Below the pieces are notes generated by a model, which did not search any database, had not been told where the DNA came from, and saw only the letters and a list, made by a program, of their open reading frames with translations. This document shows, piece by piece, positions 36,185 through 50,055 of a DNA stretch of 64,000 bases. Within the stretch, counting starts at the first letter, position 1. The number at the start of each line of letters is the position of its first letter. A program made the position numbers and the translations under genes. Source of the stretch: Trichosphaerium sp. ATCC 40318 (lineage: Eukaryota; Protista; Tubulinea); contig JALMLS010000441.1 of NCBI GenBank assembly GCA_038496445.1, positions 1 to 64,000 on the forward strand, written 5' to 3'.

Positions 36185-36807
36185 TGTTTTTTACGTCTTT
36201 GGGCTACATGATATTACATGCGCCGCTAATACGTAATACACAGCCAGAAAAACGAAAGATAACTACGGTTTTGTGTAATGTCACTACTCCGGGTCTTGTA
36301 CGCGTATATAATAGTACGTGCAGTGTACTACCAATGCGAGCTGTTTTGAATGCTTTTTACGTAATATTGTACGTACGTTAAGGGATTAACTATCAAACTA
36401 CTGGTGCGTCAATAGTTCTACGTAGGCAAAGCTCCGGTAACAAAATAATAACTAAAGAAAAAGTCTTACAAGTTCAACGTGCAAACTTAAAATAGTATGG
36501 TGTTAAGTGTGAACTACATTAAATACCATTTTGCAAGTACTAATCCCAGTGCTGATGTCATCTCTATAAACAGCCTTGTCAAAAGTGTACTCGCTACTGG
36601 AGTGAGGTGGATCCTTGCACGTGCGTTTTTGTGTGGCTATTGGTTAGGTATTCTAATAGACGGCTATTGGTTAGTACCTTGGTTAGATATTGTTTAAAGT
36701 CGCTTTTTTGGTTACCGACGTAGTATTTCGGATGTCATGAACACAGGCAGCCCTGTGAGAGTCTGCAGCAAGCGGTCCAATTTTTAAGGGATATTGTATA
36801 CGATAGT

Positions 36808-36871
36808 AAGTCACGTGCTTACTAATGTGAGTAATGTTAAATAAAGATAGTGTTTTTTCAAGTCAAAAGCC
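36808..36871 (-). mobile_element. Reverse-oriented fragment of the same MITE
   Basis: aagtcacgtgcttactaat..gttaaataaagatagtgttttttcaagtcaaaagcc is a degenerate reverse complement of the left end of copy B. Confidence 0.5.
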
Positions 36872-37289
36872 AGCATGTCGACATCCATTTAATCGTTTCC
36901 GCCTCTGTATGGGCTTTACAAGCTTAGAAGATCCAAGCTCGATTATTTGTATGCGTTTCGGAGCGTTGTGAGCGAAAGGCCAAAAAGCCGAAAACTGTGC
37001 AAGCTTTCTTTGTAACAAGTGCTCTAATGACAGGAAACGCGCGAACCAATATTCGGCTTTTTTGCTGCAAAGACTAGGAAATATTTAAGTGGATGCCGAA
37101 AATAGGCAACTCACGGAGAATTGTTCTCTACAATGCAGTCAAATTTACGTCCACTAAATATACCAGAATCCATTGAGTGAATTTCCAGTGTATAAGTATG
37201 TACACTTTGGGACGGAGAAATACAAAATTCCTTGTAGTTGACTTAAAACCACTTCTGCCTTTTTTGGTTAAAACGCTCTAATTAGTACA

Positions 37290-40200
37290 ATGCAACAACA
37301 CAAACTAGTTTTACTGGTTTTGTGCTCAATAGCAGTATGCAATACGTCGCTTCTAGATACTTTGAAGAACTTTGAAGAACGCTACGACTTTTCTCATGAC
37401 CCATCAACGGATAGTGGTAGATTCTGGGTTTTTTGGACAGTTAGAGGCGAAAGCGTTGATATAGCCATTGTTGGGAAAGCACAAGGATACCTAGCACTCG
37501 CATTGAACCCTACAGCTGGTAATGAGATCTTAAACGCAACAATGAACGGCGCAATCGCTACAATTGGTACCGAGCACTATTTTGGTACAAATGTATACTA
37601 AAACGCGTTTAAAGGCTTCCAGAAGGAAGACAACATTACTATTGGTACCTACGACTTGTTTGAAACGGATGATGATCACGGTGCAACCAACACAACGAAT
37701 ACGTTCACAAACGGGACTTGTACGCGAAAACGAACTCCCTGTTTCGGTTTAGACTCACATAACGTAGTTACCAAAGATCCCGAGTTTGTGACTATGACAT
37801 ACACTCAAAACTACACTACTGAGCAGATAACGACACAACAAGGCTGGTTATTTGCTTTTAGGGACACACCAGAGCTTGGATACCACACTGACCGTTATAA
37901 TAACATACTAACTCTCAGTACGACACTGTTTTTTTTTGATTCAAAAAAAACTAGGAATTCGTTTTTTGTACTAATTTGGCGTTCCGCTATGTTGTTTTTT
38001 TTTTGTCACAACCAATAATGTGCTTTTGGTTATTTTATAAATATCATTTTCATAATGAAAAAAAAAAATGAGAAAGTTGTGACTTGTTTAAGCGAGCTAA
38101 AAGTGAGATTCTCAAAATTTCGTGAAACTTCTTTCGTTGATTTTTTTTGGTACCTACGTTTTAACATTTTTGTTCTTCCCTAGGCTCTGGAGCTGGCGCT
38201 ACACCTGTAGTATTATGTAATTGTAGTACTTGTGATCCAAATGAGGCGAATAAGTGCATTACACCAACAACAGAAGCACCAACAATACCATCAGCACCAA
38301 CTACTGTTGCTCCGACAAAGCCTTTTGAGCCAATTAATTCGCCAACATTCACAGACTACCTGGGCGTAACAGGTTTAACTGCAAGGTTTGAGTTGTCGGA
38401 AAATGAAATCGCCGTCACACTTACAGTACCAACCGCAGGTATCCCGTCACTCCAAAAAGTCAAAAACACATATGTTTTTTTTTGAAAGTTTATTGTTTTG
38501 TTAGGTTATATTGGTATTGCTTTTGGATTTGGAAACATGGTTCCAGCTGTAGCTATTATAGGGTTCGTTGGTAAAGATAACAACACCAAGAATGTCAAGG
38601 TAAAACCTCAAATTCTTGTGCATTCAGTTTTTTGTTATTGTACACGGTACTGACACTAAAAAGGCTTGGGATCTGTTGGCTTACGATGACAAACACCCAG
38701 AATTATCAGCAAAAATAGATCCAGAGTCACCAATCACTTTTATTGAATCTGGAGTTACAACTGATTCATTGAATGTAACAACACTTTGGTTTTCGATGGA
38801 AAGAACATTTGTCGCAAAGAATGACAGTAAGTCACGTGTTTTTTTAGAACATAATATTGTTGTCCATTATCTCATTTTTTATAGGTATTACTGTTGCTGA
38901 GGGTGTTGATGTTCTTGTCGCACATGGACAAGTAAAAGAAGGGCAACCTCAATATCATGAAGATCGTTCAAAAGGAAAACTCAGTTTTGCTCCACCTACT
39001 ACTGTTCCACCTACCACTGCTGCCTCTGGAGAAGATTTCTTGGGTGTTCGTGGGTTCAGACAAAGTAATGAAATAAAAGGAGACGAGATTAAAATCTCGT
39101 TTTCTGCACCAGGAGGTCCGGAAACAAAAGAAAACTTGACGCATTTTTCTAACTGCGTTTTGCAGAATATGTTGCTCTTGGATTTGCTGATACCTCTCCT
39201 GCACGTATGGTAGGTTCTCTAGCATTAGTTGGTTGTGTAGTAGAAGGCAACGGTATCTTGAAGGTAATATATTCACAGCTGGTGTGCTCACAGTTCTAAC
39301 TGTTTTTCTTCGAAAGACATTTGCCTTAAACGCTTTAAATGAAGCTGGTGTTGTTGAGAAACCTGGTGTCTTTAATATCATCTCTTCGTCAGTAACTAAA
39401 TCCAATGGTGTTACATCCGTTGAAGTCACACTAAAGACAAAATACAACAATGGTATAACAGTTTTTTATCACGTGATTCTGTCTAACTAAGCGTTTTTTT
39501 GAAGATAAAACAATTAGCGCTTCTTCTGATGTTGTCATTGCCTTTGGCAACCTTCGTGCAAGTAGTATTGCACCAGCACAACATAGTACGTACCTAAACT
39601 TACACAATAATGGCTCTAAACGGTAGTCTAGGCCCACAAGATCATGGTGCTGGTACTCTTTCTGGAAGCAAAGCGCCTATTGATAGTTTGCTATGTATGC
39701 TATTGTTATTCACTCATCTTCGCTTATATTACTTTTAAGTGTCTCATGGAGTTCTCATGTTCTTGGCATGGGGTTTGATGATTCCTCTTGGATGGATGGC
39801 AGCACGATACTTGAAATTTGCCAAAGGCAAAGTTTGCAACTTTCCATACTGGTGGGCAATTCACAGGTTGATGATAAATTCGTATTTCTTGTGGTTCTTA
39901 TTCTTATTAGACCTCTTCAAATTGCTGGATTTGTACTATCTCTTGCAGCTTTTGCTATTGTTGTGTACTCAATTGTTGATAACAAAGGTACAGAATAGAG
40001 CTAAGTGAGCTTTGATACGCTAACAATTAAATAGGAACTCAATTTTGGGGTGGAATATCTAAGTTTCACAAACCTTTGGGTCTTGTTATTACTGTCTTGG
40101 GTGCCGTTCAGATCTTAATAGCGTTGATCAAGTACGCTGAAACTCAAGCTTTATATCAATGTATTAACATACTTTTCTTAGACCACACCCAGCAGAAGAT

Positions 40201-40595
40201 GGAAGCAAAGGATTGCTACGCTTATTATGGGAACAAAAACATAGATGGCGTAAGAAGTTGTTTTGAATATTCTTATTTCTTTTCTAACACGTGTACACAG
40301 TTGGACGATTCATGCTTTTTGCTGCTATTCCTCAAATGTTCTCTGGAATAGTAGAGCTACTTAAGGAAGACCAAGGTCGTAATCTATGGTACGTCAGTTG
40401 TACCGACAAAACAGTTTTTTGGTTCTTAGTTTAGTCTTTCAAGTTGTTGACACTGTTTTCAGGTTATACCTCCTTGGTGGTGTTTTGTTCACATTTGTTG
40501 TTGCTATTATTATCTTCGAAATATTAAGATGCAAGCAGAGTAAGAGTACTAAAGCAGAGAAAGATCCATTACTATACAAAGAGCTAAAAGACTGA
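37290..40595 (+). CDS. Membrane protein with signal peptide, multiple DOMON domains and cytochrome b561 (ferric-chelate reductase-like)
   Basis: Signal peptide MQQHKLVLLVLCSIAVC. DOMON-like units: FWVFWTV..GYLALAL..MNGA..GYHTDR; GYIGIAFG..NMVPA..QYHEDR; YVALGFAD..AFG..AQH. b561 His motifs: SHGVLMFLAWG, WWAIHR, KFHKPLG, QKHRW. Final TM segment. Confidence 0.88.
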
Positions 40596-40789
40596 GCAAT
40601 TTTTTTGTAGAAACAAAATAAAGTGAATAATTACACTAGAGCAAATTTTAAAGTGTTAGTAATATTCAACAAACAGTCTTAAAAACAGAGCTTAAATATT
40701 ATAACCCTGATCCCGTACAATTGATTATTGACAACAAGGTTTCAAGCTGAAAGTCAGATTTGCACAATCATTCCTGTCACGTGAGGCGT

Positions 40790-41160
40790 CATGCAAGTAT
40801 CATATACGAAAGTTTCAGAGTTTTCTCTTGTATCATTCAAAGACGCAGCCTGCCACTTTGTGTTCTGGTGTTAGTAGATGGATTTCAAAGTATCTTGGCC
40901 AAGATAGTCGCAGATGATGTTTGCGAATCTGGTACGGAATTGTGCAGATTATCGATTAAAAAAATATTCACAACTTTTACAAGTTCTGTAGTACTAAATC
41001 ATTGCACTACCGAAAATCAACAAACGGTGTACTGTGGACTGAGAGAAGGGAATGCGTACTTGTTGCCAACGACAATAGAGTTATCCTCTTTTTTTTACTA
41101 GACTCACGTGTTCTTGTTGATCTACAATACCAGATTGGAGGAGAGAATACGTCTCACTAA
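40790..41160 (+). CDS. Possible short spliced hypothetical gene or gene remnant
   Basis: Two GT-AG intron-like segments (~40932-40991, ~41056-41101) join ..AKIVADDVCES / VLNHCTTENQQTVYCGLREGNA to a short terminal exon. Start codon and last-exon frame are not resolved. Confidence 0.2.
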
Positions 41161-41641
41161 GCTTCGATTCCCATATCACATGTACATATACAACATAAAT
41201 CAATTGAAGTATTCAATCCATCAAAACATGACAAACAATAAGGATATTTGAATCGTAACCTGGGGTTGTATACAACTGCTACTTGCTGATTGTTTTACGA
41301 TTCTAACGTACTTAAACAACTACCTCTCATTCATCAAACGCCAGTAAAATACGTATTTACACTGTCAAAATAGCAAGGTACAGAAATGTTGTTTCTTGAG
41401 GCCAAGGCACCTTGATCTAATACGAGGTAAAGGAGCGTTGCTGTGGGTACAATCTTGAAAAGATGGTTTTCAGATCGCAAGTGTGTGCCTTGTATAGCCC
41501 GCCTTGAGCCTATTATTTAGACAAAAGGTGTTCGAGGAGCGATTGCGTAACATAAAAAGTTTATACGTCACATTTGTACATGTCTTATACAACAAAAAAG
41601 TAAAAAGAAGTTTTTTTTTTTTCCTTTGTTTTTTTTTGTGC

Positions 41642-42826
41642 TTATGCTGATGGAATATCTGGTCCAACAATAGGTGTAGCGATATTATAAATAGCAGCTC
41701 CCTTTGAGTAATCTTTACCGGGTATCTTTTCAATACGCTGAGGGTAGTTTTCTCTCTTGTCTGAGTAGTACGCACTATGTAAATCACCAGCTAAAAAAAA
41801 AGTGTGATGTTAGTAAAGAAATAGCCTTACTTTTCTTTGAAATTGTTAGATGGTAGTACCTGATGCGGCATTAAATGTAAAGAAGTAAGCACGTCTTGGA
41901 CTATTTGTTTTGTTGATATCACTTCGATGTGGAATAAACGCATCAAAGAAAACAACGTCACCTAAAAAGATGTCAGCCATTTCAGCTTAAAGTTGCACGT
42001 GATTTAAATAAAAATACCTGGCATCGCTAGTACAGGCTCAAATGTAAGGTTTTTGGCTACTTCTGGATGAATCTGAAAGGCATGATGTGAGAGGAGACAC
42101 AAATAAGGATATTCAAGCGTACCTCCTTTCGCTCATTCATTCTCAAACGTTTACCTTTCCAGTTGCCAGCACTGAAGCATACTGTCCCGTTTTCGACTGT
42201 ACATGGATCGATAGGAACCATAACAGTTATATAGTAGTCAGCCAAGACATATGCGGGGATATCTTGATGATCAGGGAAGGCACCACCACCTGTAACAAAA
42301 AACTGTTAAAAAAACTTGACAGAAAAAAAGATGCAATTTTTCTTTGGACTTACCAGGCATTTTATAGTTAATCTTTTCTTTATAGAGGTACATCTCACTG
42401 CCGTGAAGTTGTCCAACAATATTACGCAAAATCTCATTTGCAATGTGACGCATACCTTCATGATGATCTACAAAGTTTTCTGTACGACATAACCGCTCAC
42501 CCTTTGGTGTATTCTAAAAAACACATCAAAAAACGTGACTTAACACTTTTTTTGTCAAACGATTTTGGAATATTTACAAAACAAGACTTTTTATGTAAAA
42601 ACGTCTACAAAGTGTCTTATACGCTAATAACAAGCGTTTTCTATTGATTAAGACATACCTCAAAGTAATGCATCCATTTTCCTTTTTCTTCTGGCCAATT
42701 TGTAATCTCTGTAGTCCAGCGTTGTAAGTCACATACTTGTTTATCGTTAAAGAGTCCGCGCATTACAATATGAGAGTTGTCTTTAAAAAACTGTAATTCA
42801 TTCGGAGACACTGTTTTATGTGACAT
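41642..42826 (-). CDS. Fe(II)/2-oxoglutarate dioxygenase, PhyH family (PhnY*-like subgroup)
   Basis: WMHYFE..RTENFVDHH..LYKEKINYKMPG/GGAFPDHQD (HxD) ..IDPCTVENG..PG/DVVFFDAFIPHRSDINKTNSPRR (distal H and R) ..GDLHSAYYSDKR. Confidence 0.88.
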
Positions 42827-43340
42827 TGTTATTTGTTTGTATGTTGATGAGGTGTTGTATGCGTTGAGAGAGTGTTAAGACTTGGAGACAAAAATACTTC
42901 AGGAAGGTGTCATTTGGCTGTCAAAGTCTTTTGTGCACTTTTATCGTGTGAGGCATACTGTTTCGCGTTCTACTACGCGCATAGAGAACGTAGGTAATAA
43001 TTGGAGATGCTCTAGTCCTAATTGGCGATTTTAGTCAGTTATCGTTAAAAGAACAATCAAACTCTATCAATACTACGAATAGTATAATTGTAGCTTGTGT
43101 TGGTGGCATTGGAAGTAACTTTAAGCTACAAAATGTTCAATGTCGCAACGGAGTAGTTACAGAACTGCAATTTATTTAAAACAGCCTTTGTCATGCTCAT
43201 TGAAGCATTGTAGTAGAGGATTTGACCTTACCGACTAACTAACGCTTTGAGTGCCAAAAACTTCTGCGAAAAGCAACGAAATTGTGTAAACTTGGTATTG
43301 GTAGCTTATAATAGGTGTTTGTCTTTCAATACGCTCGTAA

Positions 43341-45910
43341 ATGCTAAAAGAAGCTGAAAATGTCGAAATGCGCATATTGTTTAACGTTAGAACGAAAAAA
43401 AAGCTAGGAGATGATTTTTCAGCGTTATATAGAGACAAGTACGAGTTTAGAACTGTCGCTAGTATAAAATAATTTATAAACCGTTAAAATGATCTTCACA
43501 CGCGTCTATATAGGCTTTACACAGATGTCAGCGTACTTGTTGGTAAAAATATTTATGAATTACACAAGCACGTTAATATACATCCATACATGTACTAACA
43601 GAGTTATAGATGCGTTCTAGCATGCAGGTAGGTGTTTATGTCAATGCCAGCAAAAAAAAACGAAAATACCGTTTAGGTCACCGACATTACGTGCAATGCT
43701 CTCTAAAAAATGGCGTAAGGCAGATGCAGGTTTGTTATTATTTTATTTATTTCAATGTTAATTCTTTCATCTGAAGCAAATGAACCAGTAGAATTGAAGG
43801 AAGTACGCAACTAATGTTACAAATATACCAACAACATTTATCCATTTTTATCTCGTTTTTTTATTCAACTCGGCTTTAGATTACACCAAGTATATTTGAA
43901 GCAGTTATAGAGGTATTGATTATTTTCTATTATGCACGTGTGTTGACACGTGGTTTTGGTTTTTTTTTGGCACAGAGAGTTGTTGTTTCTTATTTTTTTA
44001 TAGTTTATGTACAGCGGTAGAATTACTCTTAGAGGTGACCAAGAATTTCCATTGATGCAATTACTTAGGGTACGGTACTAAATTCTTGTTTGAAAATTTT
44101 TATGGCACACTGTGTTGGTACAGTTGCTGCCTTAAAAAGCGTTTCGTTTAAGCGTCATTTTAACAGGTTTTTTTACAGGCTGCAGAGTTTTTCCAGATGC
44201 AATCAATGCACTCATTACTTATGTACGTATTTATCTTTTAAAATTCGATTTAGATGTTGATTGGAGCTAACTTTAACCAAAGCGAACAGTTTGTTACTCC
44301 TGATTTTTTGACAATTGAGAATATACCTTGGATGCTCGAAGTACGGCGTTTTTACATTATATGTGGTTCGTTATGATTAATGTATAAAAGGTCGCATTGA
44401 ATGCAGAAGATGAGAAAACGATAGAAATCTTATCAACCTTTGTTGAATGCACGGACTCTTTTTGTTTTTTTACTTTCAACGTTTTATTTTGGATCGAGCT
44501 CATTGATTTGTAGTTATGTCGAATGAACTGTATGAGTCTAATTACTTGGAGAATTTTACTAGAGATGCTCTTATACACGTGATATCAAACCACTACCTGC
44601 GTATAAATGAGCAGAAAGTAAGAACGTCTTCCGTTTGGAGGAACTAAACTTGACCTGACTTTTTTTTTCAGATTTTGATAGTAGCGTTACGGTGGCTCTT
44701 ACAAACAAATAAAACAGAAGAAGATATGAAAGTATTCAGATATATAATCTATGATAATATTATAGACAATGTTGCAGACATTATTAAGAAATTTAAAATA
44801 CAGATGATGGACGACAAAGGTTTGTTCACTTTTTTTTTTTTGAAAACGTTTTTTTTGTGTTGGCTGTTTTGAGATGGTTGTCAACGTGTGAATATACTAT
44901 TATTTGCTGATATGGTTGCATCTAGTATTAAGTAATGTTATGAGAAACTTAAAAATACAGGATGTCGATATTACAAGGCAAGGATCAAGTAAGAAAAGAA
45001 AACTAAAGAAATTTTTTTTTGCTAATTATTTATCACTCATAGCAATCTACTGTGATGTTGCAATATTCACATTGACAGGTTCAGCTACAAGAATAAATGA
45101 TACCTGCGATGCACCGATGCGTATGTTGAAGAATCAGTAACGTTCAAATGAATTAATTTGTGTTGAAGGTGTCGGTCCTGGAGAAGGAAGCGCAATAATT
45201 TCTCTTCCGTCACAACGTATTGAGGTGCACTTCACATTCCAACTGGCAAAGTTAATATGTAACCATACTTATCCTTAGAACATGGCATATAATTTTGAAG
45301 TAATCATCCCAGAAGATAGGTAACCAGGACGTTTCGAAATCGTTCGCTAATTTTTTTCTTTTAGCAAAGGATTTGATATTAAGTTCATGTCGTTCTTAAA
45401 AGTATTGTACCACTTTTCTCCAAGGTAAGAGAATTCTCTTCTATCAGTAATTAACGTATTCTAATCCTTTTGATTCAGATTCAAGGATGGTAAATCCTTC
45501 CTTGCTCGAAACAAGTATGAAAGGCAAGTTCATTTTTTTTTAATTAATTCTATTATTGCACTGTTCACGTGTTTTTTGTGAAGATCTAAACTTCTTTTTA
45601 AAGCGATGATATTACTGAACCTGAGATAAAATGTAATCCTGGAGATTCTATGGTTGTATGTATAAAGATATTAAAGGATGGACTTGAAGTATGGGTTGAT
45701 TATAGATTCCTTGTAAGATTTTCACAAGTACTTCTTCAACTTAAAACATCTGCTTTGGCTATTACTGGTGATGTCATTGTTACTGCTTTTAAGATGGGTT
45801 TAAGCAAGAAAGAAGTTATAAAAGCTAAAAGACAACGTAAGAAGAGTCAGTCAAAGTCAAAGAAACAATCAACTTTGAATGTAACTACAAACGGAAATGA
45901 AGCCTCTTAG
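43341..45910 (+). CDS. BTB/POZ (+BACK-like) domain protein with a beta-rich C-terminal domain; start approximate
   Basis: LGDDFSALYRDK/LYTDVSVLVGKNIYELHK/CVLACRSPTLRAML..W..PVELKE..FMYSG..AAEFFQM; many introns; stop at 45910. Confidence 0.8.
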
Positions 45911-46171
45911 CTGTAAGTCTGTCTTGAATGTTTTCAAAAAAACATGTGCCAACCGTTTAACAGAATGGTACAAACACTGTGTCCATCTTATTTCGCAAAA
46001 AAATTGTCGCCTCGTCTAGCTGTTGTGACAACTTTGATCGGTTGAATTTGTATTGACTTAAACGATGGTTTAAGTTGCCTTGTGGCTTTTTTTTTGGCTG
46101 CTTTTTCGCATAACAACGTTCTTAGCGATTCTCTATAATAATCGGAGTATCTACAATAGTTTTAATCAATA

Positions 46172-48726
46172 ATGAAACTCTTTTCGGTAGCTAACGTCGC
46201 TTCGGTCCCAAAACGCGCGGTACGGTATAATAACGCTAAATCACGCGGTAAGAGATCGTTTGCAACGGAACCTCCAGTAGAAAGCTTTAAAAGTACCGAA
46301 GCGCAAAAAACCTTCCGGTACACGCATGAACATACTTAATTTACGCAGTACCGGACTATTAGAGCTAAATTATGTCCAGACACAATATTCCTTGGACAGA
46401 TCCCGAATACTACGACGAAAAAAGCCTAGAGAAGGTAATAAACGCTCTTTCAGAGTTTTTCCGCTGACGAAAAAACTTAAAAAGGAAATGCGGCGTGTTT
46501 TCGACGTTTGTCACGGTTGTCGACTCTGTTATAACTTATGCGACTCTTTCCCTACTCTATTTGATCTTGTCGATGATTCAAAGACTGGAGAGCTTGATAG
46601 CGTAGACTCAAAGGAATTTAAGGCAAGTTCTTGTTTGAAACTTTTTTTGATTTTTGAAGAAAAAAAAAATTATTTCGGATTTTTTTAACGGCGATACTTC
46701 GTGATTAGAAAGTTGTTGATGATTGTACTTTATGTGATATGTGCTCTATAGCAACTTGTCCTTATGTCCCACCTCATCCATTAAATGGTACATGGCATTT
46801 AAAAGTAGTTATTAATAATTCACTGAAAACACTTTGTAATTTTTTTTGCTGTATTTTTCTGACGTCTGTTTTTTGCCTTTAGTTGACTTTCCACGTTTAA
46901 TGTTACGATATCGTGCTATTGAAAATAAAGATGATAAAAAGATTTTAAACAGATACTATATACCACCAGAATACAATGTCAAAAAGGTGAGTTCCGAAGT
47001 TGCCAACTTTTTTTTCTTCTTCTTTTAACAAAACCAAACCACCATTGAGTCTACGCCAAGCTATAACCGTTAACAATAATGTAATAGATATCTGGTGCTG
47101 GTAGCGGACACGATGGAGAGGTTAGAGTTAATGAAGGAGTTAGTAGAAAGCTTGAATTCAAACCAGAAGGTTAAACAAAACGAAATCGATTACTTTGGCT
47201 GACCATTGTTGTGTAGGCTTCGTTCACAAGATGATGACAGACACTGATTATATGGGTAAGCTTGCAGCTAAAAGAGCACCATTAGTAAACTGGATGGCAG
47301 ATCAACCTCTAGCACGTAAAATAGCTGGTAGGTGCTACAACAAAACAGAACAAAGATCGAATACAAGTTTTTTTTAATTGTCTTTTTAAGGTGTTCATAA
47401 AGATGCCAAAGTTCCTAAAATGTTAAAAAAAGACGACCAATTTTCAAGTTATCTTGAACCAATGGATGTTAATCCTGAGGCTCCTGCATATGGTACGAAA
47501 AAGTGATTGAATTTAATGTGTATTTTTTTCAACTTGTTTTGCTGATAAAATCTCTCAGGACAGCGGAAAGTGGTTATGTATTCTACATGTGTTGTTAATA
47601 ATAACAAACCTGATATTGGCAAAGGTATGTGTTTTTTACTTAGCTTTTAGTTGACGTGGTGTTAAGTGGTATTTAATATTTTTTGGTTTTTTTAAGTTTT
47701 TCAATAGCTACAATGCGTGTTCTGTTACATAATGGTGTTCGTGTTGAGAGCGAGTATATTGGTTGCTGTGGTATGCCACAATTAGAGAGTGGTAAAATCG
47801 CTGAAGTAGAAGAGAAAGCCAGAAAAATAGCAGAGATTCTTGTATTAAAGTAACAACCAAAGCTGTTTTTGTTCCATATTTTTTCTGACCATTGACGTTT
47901 AGGTATGTTAACCCAGGATATGATGTTGTTGTTCCTGTGGCTTCTTGTTGCTTAATGTTTAAAAAAGAATGGCCAATGTTATTCCCAGATGATGAAGTAC
48001 AGCGTTATTTTTAAAAAGACTTTTGTTGTTGTGTGCATGTGTTCTTATTTTTTTCTTAGAATATACAAAAACTTGCAAAATTCACGTTTGACCCTTGTGA
48101 GTATCTCTTGAGATTAAAAAAGAAGGAAGGTATTATACCTACACAGCCGCTTGCAAAAAAAGTTAATGTAACATTACATCACGCTTGTCACTCAAGGGCA
48201 CAAGGTATTCAACAAAAAATTTTACAAGTTGTTCAAATTGTCTCGTTAGGTATGGGATTCAAGGCTCTTGATGCTTTGAAATTGTTTGATAATATAAATA
48301 TAACATCAGTGGAACGATGTTCAGGCCATGGAGGAAGTTTTGGCGTAACAGAGGTACAAGAATTTGCAAAAACAAAAAGTTGCATTTATCTTACTCTTTT
48401 TTTTTAAAGCATGGTCATAAAGCGGCACATAAAGTTGGCAAGCCTGTATTTAGAAATGTTATAAAATCTCTTAAAAAAAGAGATAACAAGGAAGACCCTG
48501 TCTATGTTTTGTCTGATTGTCCACTCGCTGTACGTCAACATTAATAAGGGAATCTTGAACTTGAAATACTAAAGTTTTTCTTGTTACTTTTGCTGATGTG
48601 AATCTGGTCTAGGTTGATCATATCAAAGAAGGTGTACTTAAACAAGATAATACAACAAAAAGTGATGACATGGTTACAGCACATCCGATGGAGTTTATTG
48701 CAAAGGCATACGGATTGGAATTTTAA
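46172..48726 (+). CDS. GlpC/HdrD-like Fe-S oxidoreductase (4Fe-4S + CCG domains), rubrerythrin-associated (RFO) type, with a mitochondrial-type presequence
   Basis: Presequence MKLFSVANVASVPKRAVRYNNAKSRGKRSFAT. Then RHNIPWTDPEYYDE..RVFDVCHGCRLCYNLCDSFPTLFDL, CTLCDMC..CPYVPPHP..DFPRLMLRYRA, GCCGMP, ASCCLM, HHACHSRAQ, RCSGHGG, SDCPLA, HPMEFIAKAYG. Confidence 0.9.
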
Positions 48727-49089
48727 TTAATAATTCAGAAATAAAATCTATGAGCTCTGTATAAATTGACTTTTTGGGTCCACATTTCGGACTTGCACTA
48801 TTTGTTTGTATAATTGTCAATTTCCATAAAACTCTACACGTTTTGAAGTCTAATAAGACACTATGTTATTTTGGTGCGTTTACATATCTAAGTTTGAACA
48901 CGTGTTTGGAAGGGCATTCTTTTTACAATGATTATTTCTGTAAACAATTGATTCTTGTTTTCTAATCTGTTGCGTTTTTTATTCAGTGCAATTGCTGCTA
49001 TTGGAAGAGTTCTACATTAGCTGGTTTAGAATACTTGCTTACGACGTGGTTTGACTAGTATTTTTTTGCTTTTTTTTCAAACAAACCAA

Positions 49090-50055
49090 ATGAAGCGCAG
49101 TGCATCTTTATCAATTAATGAACCTCCCAAGAAGATAAGGAAGTTAACACAGTATTGTAATAACGCTCTGGAGTCGCTACCTGATGATAAACTAATAGAA
49201 CAACTAACAAAGTATCAAGTACCAGTAGAATCGCTCTCTGAAGAGATATCAAAGCGTGTTGGCAATATTTATGCGGAAAAACTGTTACAATCAATGTTCG
49301 ACCTAAACAAAGAGCTAGAGCTTCCAAACATCAAAACAAACAAGGTTGCTAACGAGCACGTGCTATCAGCATTAAAGAGTAAAGTAGATACAATGATAAA
49401 CACCAACCAGGTCCTTTCTCGTTTAGATAAGTGGATAACATCTTTGAGGGAGTTTTTGAAGAACCCCACTGATGACGATGAAGGTGACAATTACTGTACT
49501 AGTGAAGAACAAATCAACCAATTATTCCTTTTGACACAATTGGTACAAGTCCAAAGTGTAGGTATGTAACATCAGATTAACACAAAGTAACCACGTAAAA
49601 CAAATTGTGACTAAAGATACCATGTTATTAAGTGTTTCACTGATTGTTTATTTATAGAAAGAAATGAAACAGAAGTACAGAATGATGAAGGATACAATAT
49701 GAATGTTGATGTAACAATTGGAAAAGGAAATGAAAGAGTGGGTATCTCTTTCAGCTATACAGACTGGACTAAAGGCTATTCAAACAGCTACATACGCATT
49801 TTATCCATATACAGGCATGGCCTAAAATATAGTGAAGAAATCTATAAAAAAATTTACGATTGCGATGAGACTAGTTTAGAAGGGATACAGAAATTTCAAC
49901 AAGATGTTTTCAAAGTCATGTCACCTCACCTTGGAAAAGAGGTTAACATGGCTTTTACAACACGTCAGTTTTGTATCTTTTTAGATATCTTGTTTAACTG
50001 TGACAATGAAGAGTTCTATCTAAAAGGAGCTGCAGTAAAAAATGGCGTCATTTGA
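49090..50055 (+). CDS. Two-exon hypothetical protein with an N-terminal NLS-like motif
   Basis: MKRSASLSINEPPKKIRKL... spliced at ~49562-49658 to ORF 49699-50055; AATAAA downstream. Confidence 0.65.
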
